Of a DNA stretch of 64,000 nucleotides, positions 13,548 through 24,195 are shown one piece after another. A model generated the notes under the pieces. It saw only the letters and a list, made by a program, of their open reading frames with translations. It ran no database searches and had not been told where the DNA came from. The DNA is from Chiloscyllium plagiosum (taxonomy: Eukaryota): NCBI RefSeq assembly GCF_004010195.1, contig NC_057719.1, forward strand, positions 28,278,747-28,342,746. Reading direction: 5' to 3'. Both the position numbers and the translations under genes were made by a program. How positions within the stretch are numbered: position 1 is the first letter of the stretch; every line of letters begins with the position of its first letter.

Positions 13548-13838
13548 CATCTTTTGTCTACTTTCCTTTTTAAACCGTGGTGTCACATTTGCTATTTTCC
13601 AATCTGCTGGGACTGCCCCGGAATCCAGCGAATTTTGGAAAATTACCGCCAGTTCACCTGCTATTTCTCCCGCCATCTCTTTTAGTACCCTGGGATGCAT
13701 TCCATCAGGGCCAGGAGACTTATCTATCCTGAGCTCCATTAGTTTACGCAACACTAACTCTTCCAGGTCCTCACCTACCTTTGTCTCTTCGTCACTCACT
13801 GGCATGTTATTAGTGTCCTCCACTATGAAGACCGATGC
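13548..13838 (-). mobile_element. CR1 ORF2 fragment
   Basis: DKSPGPDGMHPRVLKEMAGEIAGELAVIFQNSLDSGAVPADWKIANVTP. Confidence 0.9.
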
Positions 13839-13904
13839 ATTCTGTAAAGGACTAATATTTACTTATTTGTTTTATATATTTATATAACTTTGCTCTCTGT
13901 TGCA

Positions 13905-14400
13905 AGGTTTGTGAAAGTTTGTAGCTCAGGTTGAGGTTTAGGGTGTAGGTTTGCTCGCTGAGCTGTAGGTTTGATATCCAGACGTTTCATTACCTGGCTA
14001 GGTAACATCATCAGTGGCGACCTCCAAGTGAAGCGAAGCTGTTGTCTCCTGCTTTCTATTTATATGTTTGTCCTGGATGGGGTTCCTGGAGTTTGTGGTG
14101 ATGTCATTTTCTGAGGGGTTGATCGATGGTATCTAGATCTATGTGTTTGTTTATGGCGTTGTGGTTGGAGTGCCAGGCCTCTAGGAATTCTCTGGCATGT
14201 CTTTGCTTAGCCTGTCCCAGGATAGATGTGTTGTCCCAGTCGAAATGGTGATTTTTTTCATCTGTGTGTAGGGCTACAAGGGAGAGAGGGTCATGTCTTT
14301 TTGTGGCTAGCTGGTGTTCATGTATCCTGGTGGCTAACTTTCTTCCTGTTTGTCCTACGTAGTGTTTGTGGCAGACCTTGCATGGAATTTTGTAGATGAT
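13905..14400 (-). mobile_element. PLE 3' fragment (second clade): GIY-YIG endonuclease and 3' repeat
   Basis: IYKIPCKVCHKHYVGQTGRKLATRIHEH...REFLEAWHS. Confidence 0.9.
13978..14017 (-). ncRNA. Minimal type I hammerhead ribozyme, intact core
   Basis: Minus strand cca-CTGATGA-t-gttacct-agcc-aggtaat-GAAACGTC-tgg: stem I cca/tgg, 7-bp stem II, palindromic ACGU stem III. Confidence 0.85.
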
Positions 14401-14870
14401 GAGGCATGGGGGCATGAGGGGCATGGATAGGGTAAATAGACAAAGTCTTTTCCCTGTGGTGGAGGTATCCAGAACTAGAGGGCATAGGTTTAGGGTGAGA
14501 GGGGAAAGATAAAAGAGACCTAAGGGGCAATTTTTTCACACAGAGAGTGGTATGTGTATGGAATGAGCTGCCGGACGAAGTGGTGGAGGTTGGTACAATT
14601 GCAACATTTAAGAGGCACTTGGATGGATATATAAATAGGAAGTGTTTGGAGGGATATGGGCTGGGTGCTGGCAGGTGGGACTAGATTAGGTCGGGATATC
14701 TGACCGGCATGGACGGGTTGGACCGAAGGGTCTGTTTCCATGCTGTACATCTCTATGACTCTATGACTCTATATGGGCCAAATGCAGGCAAATGGGTCTA
14801 GATTAATGTAAAATATCTGGTTGGCATGGACAGGTTGGACCAAAGGGTGTGTTTCCATGCTGTACATCAC
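14400..14870 (+). mobile_element. CR1 3' end with (ctatgact)n tail and a second partial tail
   Basis: agaactagagggcataggtttaggg...ctctatgactctatgactct. Confidence 0.9.
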
Positions 14871-15102
14871 ATGGCCATCACAGGAGGCATTCCCACAACT
14901 TGCCACCAAGCCACACACCAATCTGAACTGTATCATCATTCCACCTTTGTCCCTGGGTCCAAACTCTGGAACTCCTTTCCAGTGGCACCATGAGAGTCCC
15001 TACACCTCATGGACTGTAGCGGATCAAGAATATCATTCACCAATGCCTTGACAAGGGCACTTAGGAACGGAAAATATCACCAACACAACCCAAAGCCCAT
15101 TT

Positions 15103-15725
15103 AGTCATAGAGATGTACAGCATGGAAACAGATCCTTCAGTCCAACTTGTCCATGCCAACCAGATATCCCAACCCAATCAAATCCCACCCGCCAGCACCC
15201 AGCCCATATCCCTCCAAACCCTTCCTATCCATATACCCATCCAAATGCCTCTTTCTCCCTATAGCTCAAATCCTCCAACCCTGGCAACATCCTTGTAAAT
15301 CTTTTCTGAACCCTTTCAAGTTTCACAACATCTTTCTGATAGGAAGGAGACCAGAACTGCACACAATATTCCAAAAGTGGCCTAACCAATGTCCTGTACA
15401 GCCGCAATATGACCTCTCAACTCTTGCACTCAATACTCTGATCAATAAAGGAAAGCATTCCAAACACCGTCTTCACTATCCTATCTACCCGTGACTCCAC
15501 TTTCAAGGAGCTATAAACCTGCACTCCAAGGTCTCTTTGTTCAGCCACACTCTCTAGGACCTTACCATTAAGTGTATAAGTCCTGCTAAGATTTGCTTTC
15601 CCAAAATGCAGCACATCACATTTATCTAAATTAAACTCCATCTGCCACTTCTTAGCCCATTGGCCCATTTGATCAAGATCCCGTTGTAATCTGAGGTAAC
15701 CCTCTTTGCTGTCCACTACACCTCC
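15103..15725 (-). mobile_element. CR1 3' portion with internal deletion
   Basis: [41 protein letters not shown]. Confidence 0.9.
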
Positions 15726-16002
15726 TATTCAAATTACATCCTTGGAAATGATTCCAATGCAACTTTATCTCGCCTTAAATAAGGGGACAGAAACCATGCA
15801 AAAGTGCTTTTGCTAATTTACTGCAGTTATAACAGTACTTCCCTATTTTGATGTTTCACTCCCCTTGCAGTTCTGATCACATATACACACCAGTAAAAAG
15901 AATAGCTTTTTCTGCCTTCACAAAATTGCTTAACTCTGCCACTATCTGTTCGAATGTGCTCCACATTCTAGTGTCCATGAACCTGAGTTCATCAAAACCT
16001 TG

Positions 16003-17967
16003 AAACAAAAATAGAAATTGCTGGAAAAACTCAGCAGGTCTGGTAACATCTGTGCAGAGGAAGCAGAGTTAATGTTTCTAGTTTCGTGATTGAGTTTTTT
16101 TGAAGAAGTAACAAAGAGACTTGATGAGGGCAGAGCAGTAGATGTGATCTATATGGACTTCAGTAAGGCATTTGGCAAGGTTCCCCATGAGAGACTGGTT
16201 TGCAAGATTAGATCTCATGTAATACGGGGAGAACCATCCATTTGAATACAGAGCTGGCTCAAAGGTAGAAGACAGAGATGGTGGAGGGTTGTTTTTCACA
16301 CTGGAGGCCTGTGACCAGTGGAGTGCCACAAGGATCGGTGCTGGGTCCACTACTTTTCATAATTTATATAAATGATTTGAATGTGAGCATAAGAGGTATA
16401 GTTAGTAAGTTTGCAGATGACACCAAAATTGGAGGTGTATTGGACAGCGAAGAAGGTTACCTCAGATTACAATGGGATCTTGATCAGAGATCCTTGAAAG
16501 TGGAGTCACAAGTAGATAGGAGAAAGCGTTTGGTATGCTTTCCTTTATTCGTCAGAGTATTGAATAAAGGGGTTGAGAGGTCATGTTGCGGCTGTGCAGG
16601 ACATTGGTTAGGCCACTGTTGGAATATTCCATGCAATTCTGGTCTCCTTCCTATCGGAAAGATGTTGTGAAACTTGAAAGGGTTCAGAAAAGATTTACAA
16701 GGATGTTGACAGAATTGGAGAATTTGAGCTATAGGGAGAGGCTGAACAGGCTGGGGCTGTTTTCCCTGGAGCATCAGAGGCTGAGGGTTGACCTTTTAGA
16801 GGTTTATAAAATCATGAGGGGAATGGATAGGATAAATAGACAAAGTCTTTTCCCTGTGGTGGGGGGGTCCAGAACTAGCGGACATAGGTTTAGGGTGAGA
16901 GGGGAAAGATATAAAAGGGATGTAAGGGGCAACCTTTTCATGCAGATGATGGTAGGTGTATGGAATGAGCTGCCAGAGGAAGTGGTGGAGGCTGGTACAA
17001 TTGAAGCATTTAAAAGGCATCTGGATGAATATAAATAGGAGGGGTTTGGAGGGAAATGGGCTGGGCGCTGGCAGGTGGGACTAGATTGGGTTGGGGTATC
17101 TGGTCAGCATAGACAAGTTGGACTGAAGGGTCTGTTTCCGTGTTTTACATTTCTATGACTCTGTGACTCTAGTCCAGTGACCCTTCTTCAGAACTGATTG
17201 TAGCTAGTTAAAGGCTGGTGTATATGTTGAACATGGGGTGGGGAGGGTGCTGGAGGAGTAAAAAATAAGTGGAGATGGAGCCCAGGGAGAGAGAACAATA
17301 TTTGGGTAGCAAAAGAATGGATAATAGTCAGCCTGGAGAGTCAATAGCTACTAATGGAGACCTTTAGTGGCTGACAATGAGTTGATTATGGTAACAGCTC
17401 TTGTGATGACAGCACTTGAACTCAATATTAAGTCCAGAAAGCTGTGGGTTTCCAAGTGGAAAATGTGATGCTGTTTTTCCAGCTTGCACTGAGCTTCACT
17501 GGAACACTACAGCAAGCCTGAGACAGAGATGTTAACCAGGGAACACAGTGGTGTTTTGAACTGACAGGCAACAGGAAGCTCAGGGTTATGTTTGTGGACA
17601 GAACATAGGTACTCTGCAAAGTGGTCACCGAGTCTATGCTTCATTTCCCCAATGTAGACAAGACCACATTTAAAGCAGCGAATATAATAGAATGGGTTGA
17701 GTGAAGTGCCGGTAAATTGCTCGTTCACCTGGAAGCTGTGTGTGGGGCCTTGGATGGTGAGGAAGGAGTAAATTAACGGGCAGAGATTACACCTCCTGCA
17801 GTTGCAGAATCAACCTTTTTCTGGCTACAATCAGTCCTGAAGAAGAGTCCCTTAACCCGAAATGTTAATTCTGCTTTCTCTCCACAGATGCTGCCAGACT
17901 AGCTTTCATTCTCCAGCAATTTCTTTTTGTTTCAGATTGCCAGCATTCGCAGTTCTTTGAATTTTTG
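16003..17967 (-). mobile_element. PLE (GIY-YIG) with 5' inverted terminal repeat, split by a CR1 insertion; 14-bp TSD
   Basis: YIRCFKCGLVYIGEMKHRLGDHFAEYL; inverted repeat at ~17810-17967; tcatcaaaacYttg at 15989-16002 and 17968-17981. Confidence 0.85.
16084..17170 (+). mobile_element. 5'-truncated CR1 (HER1-like) inserted into the PLE hammerhead
   Basis: [24 protein letters not shown]; 3' tail; tctagt at both flanks. Confidence 0.92.
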
Positions 17968-18232
17968 TCATCAAAACTTTGTTGGCCTATGCCCTTTCTA
18001 TCAACTCCCATTCACCTTTCACCCTGTTCCCACTTTCCAATGTTGCTCTGGTTTAGCAACACCATGAAATTAAAAAGATATTGCCAATTGTATTTTCAAA
18101 TGTATCTCCTCCAGCCTCACACCCATTGAGATATCTGCACTTGTCTAATTCTGAGCCCTTGAGCATCCCCAATTTAATCATTTCCCCAACAATTGCCATG
18201 CCTTCAACTACCTAAGTCGTAAGCTTAGGAAG

Positions 18233-18475
18233 TCTCATAGAATGTCTACAGTGTGGAAGCAAGCCCCATACAACACCCCCCTCCCCACTAACAACTCTGC
18301 ATTTCCCATGGCCAATCCACCTAACCTGCAAATGTTTGGACTGTAGGAGGAAATCTACACAAACATAGGTAAAATATGCAAACTCCGCATGGACAGTTGC
18401 TTGAGCGTGGAATCAAACCTGGGTCCCTGCCACTGTAAGGTAGCAGCGCTAACCACTGAGCCTCCATGCCACCCA
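18233..18475 (-). mobile_element. HE1-like V-SINE
   Basis: Shared SINE head, V-domain and tail. Confidence 0.8.
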
Positions 18476-19724
18476 CCCTAATTCTCTGCCTGAAACACCT
18501 TTTCTTCATTCAAGATGTTCCTTAAAATTGTTAAATTGACCAATCTTTTGGTGACGTATCCTGATGTTGTCTAGTGTGGCTCGATGGCAAATTTTATGAG
18601 ATAATGATCATCTGACCTGCCTAAGACAGTCTCTTATGTGAAAGGCACCGTATAAATAAAAATTGTTGTTGTTGTTGTCCTGGATATTTCAAAAAGCTTC
18701 TCAAGAGCAATTATAGCTGCACTCATCCAGGCAGGTGGAGTGTAATCTACCACACTCCTGACTTGTGCCCTGTGCCCAGTCATCATCGTATCTATGTAGT
18801 TGGTCTTGTTAATTTTCTGGTCAATGATAAGCTCCCAGGATGATAATGGTATGGGATTCAGTGATGTCACTGCTGTTGAATGTCATGGGGGGACAGTTCA
18901 ATTGAAGACGAGCAGCGTTTGGCACTTGTAAGGCATGAATGTTGCCTTGTCACTTGTCCAGATCTGGCTGCAGGCGGACAAGGACAGCTTGTGTTGAGAT
19001 TGATGATCTTGATCTTATTGAATGGTGAAGCAAGCTTGAAGGGGTTACTGCTGATATGTCTCATGTTCTCTCTCTCCTTTGTGAATGTGTAGGTTGAACT
19101 GCATGCAGGTGGAGCTCAACAATGTCTCCTGCAATTTTTATAAGTTTAACCTGCTTATAAAAGGAGAAAGAGAAAGAGTTATACAGTGCCTTTCATAACC
19201 TCAGAACATCCCAATGTGCTTTACAGCCAATGAAATACTTAGTAAGTACAATTACTGGACGTTTTAAAAAGCTGATACTTTCTCCAAGTACCTGATTTGG
19301 ACGATTCTTTGTGAGGTACTAACAGTGAAATGGGATGTGAGATGAGTTAGCATGAGTTTTAAATTGAAACCGCAGATTAAATGCTAACACCTGCTGTCTA
19401 ACATAATAGGAACAGTGGTTATAATCTGACATTATTGGACTTCACAAGTGATCAGGACTGAAATCGGGCTTTGTAGTTCAAAAACATGCACGAATGTGGG
19501 CCTCTTTACTAGGCCTGCTTCTTTAAAATCACTGTGTTCAACGCTGGGGAAACCTAACCACAATGCTAAGTTTAAAATTAGTCAATGACGGGGTGATGAA
19601 TTCCTGGTGAGACTAATTTGATCTAAATGTTAAAATTAATGGTGGGGCAAAACAGTGGCGACAGTATTTGAAAATTCATGCCTAGAAACATGTTATTCAG
19701 ACTGGCCAATTGTCTTGATCTGTA

Positions 19725-20002
19725 ACATAGAATCACTACAGTGTGGAAGCAGGCCATTTGGAACATCAAGTCTGACTCTCCAAAGAACATGCCACCCAGT
19801 TCAACGCCCCCCCCCCCCCCCCCATCACTGTAACCCTGCCTTTCCCATGGCTAATCCACCTAACCTGCACATCTTTGGACTGTGGGAGGAAACTCACACA
19901 GACACAGGGAAAATGTGCAGACTCCACACAGTCACCACGTCTGAAACTGAACCAGTGTCCCTAGTGCTGTGAGGCAGCAGTGCTAACCACTGAGCCACCA
20001 TG
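19725..20002 (-). mobile_element. HE1-like V-SINE
   Basis: Shared SINE head, V-domain and tail. Confidence 0.85.
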
Positions 20003-21311
20003 GATCAAGACAGGTTATATCTGACAAAGTACAGGCATTAGAAGTATTAACTGAGTTTGCAGAAGAACACAAACTTGGATGTGCATGACAATCACAGAAT
20101 GATAAGAGCTTAATGCAGGTTTGTCATGGCATTGCCTGGGTTTCAGTAACTGTGCTTTTCTTTTAATTGTAATCAAAGCACAGACCATTCAGACTTGCTG
20201 TTTCTCCACCCAGTGGCAGGTAAAAAGAGAGAGGCCAATTATCCTTTCAGTTGCTAACTTTGCATAAATTAAGCTCAATGTTGTTTTGATAGTTTTGCAT
20301 TCCCTAATTCTGCTGAAGCATAGGAATATGTTGAGCAACGGCTTATTACAAAAGACAAACATTTAAAGTGATTTGTACAGATTGCAAATCATCTAAGTTA
20401 ATTCTGGAGCAGGAAGAGACATTGTTATGAAATCGTAGAGCAGTGAATCATGGCACCTCTCATTTTGAAATACAATTTATTGCTTTGCGAGAGGAGCCAA
20501 TAGTTTTTGGTGCAGTTTTCCAAAAAATTATGTTAGTCTTTTCACATTGAAATCTGGATAAATTGATATCAAATAATGAGAGGAGGATTTTCTACACTTG
20601 TGCTGGTCCATAAGAATAGTTGATTTTCTTCAATGTCTGCAATCTCAATCACCTGTAGGCAAAAATTGTAAAAATGTTGAATGGACTACTTCCGTAAAAT
20701 GTAATCGTTCTTATTTCAACACTCCACTGTCTTCACTTTTCACACTACAGCCAAAGTAGGGCTGCATTCACAAGCCACATTTTTATATTCCAGGATAATG
20801 ATTCTTCACTCCAATGCTAAGATCCATCTTCTGAAGACTGGATTAGAAGTGCTGAAGGGAAACCTCCAGGAACTCAGGGTTTTGTAGCAAGACAGAAATA
20901 CAGCTCTGGGATTAAAAGAAGAGAATTGCCCAACATGATGGCTAGGCCTTAGCCAGCATGGCAAGTTAAAAACGGAAATTTCAATAAATTATTTTGAAGC
21001 AATTGGCCACCTCTCCTTTAGGTAAAAATGGGGAAACTTTTTATCTGTCTCATCATTTTCCATGTGAGTGGCATCAAAACCCATTGTTTCAAGTGTACAA
21101 CACAGCAGCGTGTTCATCACAAGGACTTTATTGAAGTGAAGTTCACAGTGTGTATATATGTGTATGTAGGTCAGGTGACTAGATGGCAGACTAGGACTAA
21201 CATTTGTGCAGGATTGCTTTTCAATACAAACATCCATCTTCAGATACAAAAGAAAGAAAAAACAGCATCTATTATTGTGTAAATTTTAGTTACCAAATCT
21301 ACCAGTTATAT

Positions 21312-21437
21312 TCCTGAAGAAGGGCTCATGCCCGAAACGTCGATTCTCCTACTCCTTGGATGCTGCCTGACCTGCTGCGCTTTTCCAGCAACACATTTTC
21401 AGCTCTGATCTCCAGCATCTGCAGTCCTCACTTTCTC
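21312..21437 (+). mobile_element. Solo PLE terminal repeat with intact hammerhead core; 13-bp TSD
   Basis: CTGAAGA-a-gggc-tcat-gccc-GAAACGTC at 21314-21341; ctaccagttatat at 21299-21311 and 21438-21450. Confidence 0.9.
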
Positions 21438-21878
21438 CTACCAGTTATATACACAACTATTTGCATGCCTTAGCAGTCCATTGTTTATATCAGTCATTGC
21501 ATACATTGTCCTTAAATCAAGTTGGTTCTTTTTCAATTTATTCCCTAGTATTGAATATGAGATGTTCTTACATAACATTCACTCAGGACCCAAATCATGC
21601 CTTCAAAGCTTTGTGAATTTCTGCCATGTGTTTTCTTTTCTGCTTTTCAGAGATATTTAGGATGGAATAGATTTTGACACAGTCTCTTCCTAACAGTGAT
21701 ATAAATGTTGCGTTGTTTTCTTGTTCTGGTTTGCTGAACAAATCCATAGATATTGCATAATTCTGCCATTACTCGTGGAAAAGGTATGCCTCGCATCCCC
21801 AATAACTTGAACAGGAACCAATCGGTGAAAACCTGCACCTGTTTTGTCTCAAGCAGAGTTTTCACTGTGATCTTTGTT

Positions 21879-22161
21879 TTTAGATTAGATTCCCTACAGT
21901 GTGGAAACAGGCCTTCGGCCCAACAAATCCACACCGACCCTCCGAAGAGTAACCCACCCAGATCCATTTCCCTCTAACTAATGCACCTAACTCTATGGGC
22001 AATTTAGCATTGCCAATTCACCTGACCGGCACATCTTTTGGATTGTGGGGGGAAACCAGAGCACCCAGACACAGGAGAATGTGCAAACTCCTCTGGAATC
22101 GAACCTAGGTCCCTGGCGTTGTGAGGCAGCAGTGCTAACCACTGAGCCACCATGCCACCCC
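21879..22161 (-). mobile_element. HE1-like V-SINE
   Basis: (tagat)n tail, V-domain, tRNA head. Confidence 0.88.
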
Positions 22162-22409
22162 TATTTGTTTTAATGAAGTGAAGCTTAAACCGACAAAGTG
22201 TGAGTCTTAAGTCAGGAGGGAGGCAGTGTCATAATAGTAATGTCACTGGACTAACTAACCCAGAACCCCAGCCTAATGTTCTGGGAACATCAATTCAAAT
22301 CCCAGATGATGCAATTTGAATTCTATAAATATCATGAATGAAAAGCTGGTCCAACAATGGCTGTGAGCAGAGACATCTGTACCTGCTCCCAAAGGTTCTA
22401 GTAACTATG

Positions 22410-23037
22410 CTGAAAATGTGTTGCTAGAAAAGCGCAGCAGGTCAGGCAGCATCCAAGGAACAGGAGAATCGACGTTTCGGGCATAAGCCCTTCTTCAGGA
22501 ATGAGGAAAGAGTGTCCAGCAGGCTAAGATAAAAGGTAGGGAGGAGGGACTTGGGGGAGGGGCGTTGGAAATGCGATAGGTGGAAGGAGGTCAAGGTGAG
22601 GGTGATAGGCCGGAGTGGGGTGGGGGCGGAGAGGTCAGGAAGAAGATTGCAGGTTAGGAAGGCGGTGCTGAGTTCGAGGGATTTGACTGCATTTGAATTA
22701 ATGTGGAATAAAAGAGACCTGGCAAAATTGAAATCAGTGGAAATCAGATGGCAAACACTCCAATAGTTGGAGTCATACCAGGCACATAGCCCCACTCTGG
22801 CCTATCACCCTCACCTTGACCACCTTCCACCTATGGCATTTCCAATGCCCCACCCCCAAGTCCCTCCTCCCTACCTTTTATCTTAGCCTGCTGGACACAC
22901 TTTCCTCATTCCTGAAGAAGGGCTTATGCCCGAAACGTCGATTCTCCTGTTCCTTGGATGCTGCCTGATCTGCTGCGCTTTTCCAGCAACACATTTTCAG
23001 TTCTGATCTTCAGCATCTGCAGTCCTCACTTTCTCCC
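22410..23037. mobile_element. PLE fold-back: two inverted terminal repeats, each with a hammerhead, around a foreign LINE RT fragment; 14-bp TSD
   Basis: 22410-22620 pairs with 22790-23000; ttctagtaactatg at 22396-22409 and 23038-23051. Confidence 0.9.
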
Positions 23038-23059
23038 TTCTAGTAACTATGACCAACCA

Positions 23060-23375
23060 AATAGAATTCATAGAATCCCTACAGTGCAGATACAGGCCAT
23101 TCAGCCCATCGAGACTGCACCAACCCCCTGAAGAGCATCCCACCTAGACCTATCCTTTCCCATAACCCTGCAGTTCCTATGGCCAATGCACCTAGCCTAC
23201 ACATCCCTGGACACTAGAGGCAGTTTAGCATGGACAATCCACCTAAACTGCACATCTTTGGACTGTGAGAGGAATTGGAGTACCTGGCAGAAATCCACAC
23301 AGACACGAGGAGAACATACAAACTCCACACAGACAGTTGCTCGAGGCTGGAATCAAATCCAGGTCCCTGGTGATG
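23060..23375 (-). mobile_element. HE1-like V-SINE
   Basis: Shared V-domain and tail. Confidence 0.8.
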
Positions 23376-23864
23376 CAATAAAACATCTTGATATCTAAGA
23401 ATAGTGCCTCCTCTGTAGGTACTCTAAGGTGGCGTACTCTGTACCATTAATCATTTGACAGGGCCAAGATGAAAGAGAACTGGTAGCAATGAGCCACCTC
23501 AAACAAGCCTTACCCACTACCATATACTGGTCAAAGTGGCAAGGGCCACAGCACAGCAAGGGCAGTCATCTGGAAAAAAATACCATACTCCAGAAATGAA
23601 TTAGGATTGTGACATTAGTTTAACAGGTGGTAACATTTCATCTCCTATTCTTAGACAAGAGTAGACACATATTTTGTATTGAGAAACAGAAGTCATTTTT
23701 TTAACCACATTAGTTTATAATCACTAGATGGCACTATTGCATTTACACAGTGCACAAGAGACACCAACTGGTAATAAAATGGTTCTGCATTCCACAGCAT
23801 AAGCTACCTTGGTCTTGATACTTTCTACATTTATGGTGAATTCCTAACCCCTGCAATTGATAAG

Positions 23865-24195
23865 GGAGGAGGCAGTGGCCTATTATCACAGAGGCCCAGA
23901 CCAATATTCTGGCGACCTGGGTTTGTACCCATGAAAGATGTTGGAATTTAAGTTCAATAGAAATCTGGAATTAAGACTCAAATGATGACCATGGAACTAT
24001 TTTTGGCAGGGAAAGAAACCACCTGGGTTCACTAATGCCTTTTAGAGAAGGAGATTACCATGCCTGCCTGGTCTGGCTTACATGTGACTCCAGACCCACA
24101 GGAATGTGGTTGACCCTTAAATGCTCTTTGGGCAATTAGGGATGTACAATGCATGTTGGCCTGGCTAGTGACACCCACATCCTGAGAATGATTTT
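23865..24195 (+). mobile_element. tRNA-head SINE-like repeat, second family
   Basis: Homologous to 6092-6420 (catgtgactccagacccaca...ggcaattagggatg). Confidence 0.6.
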
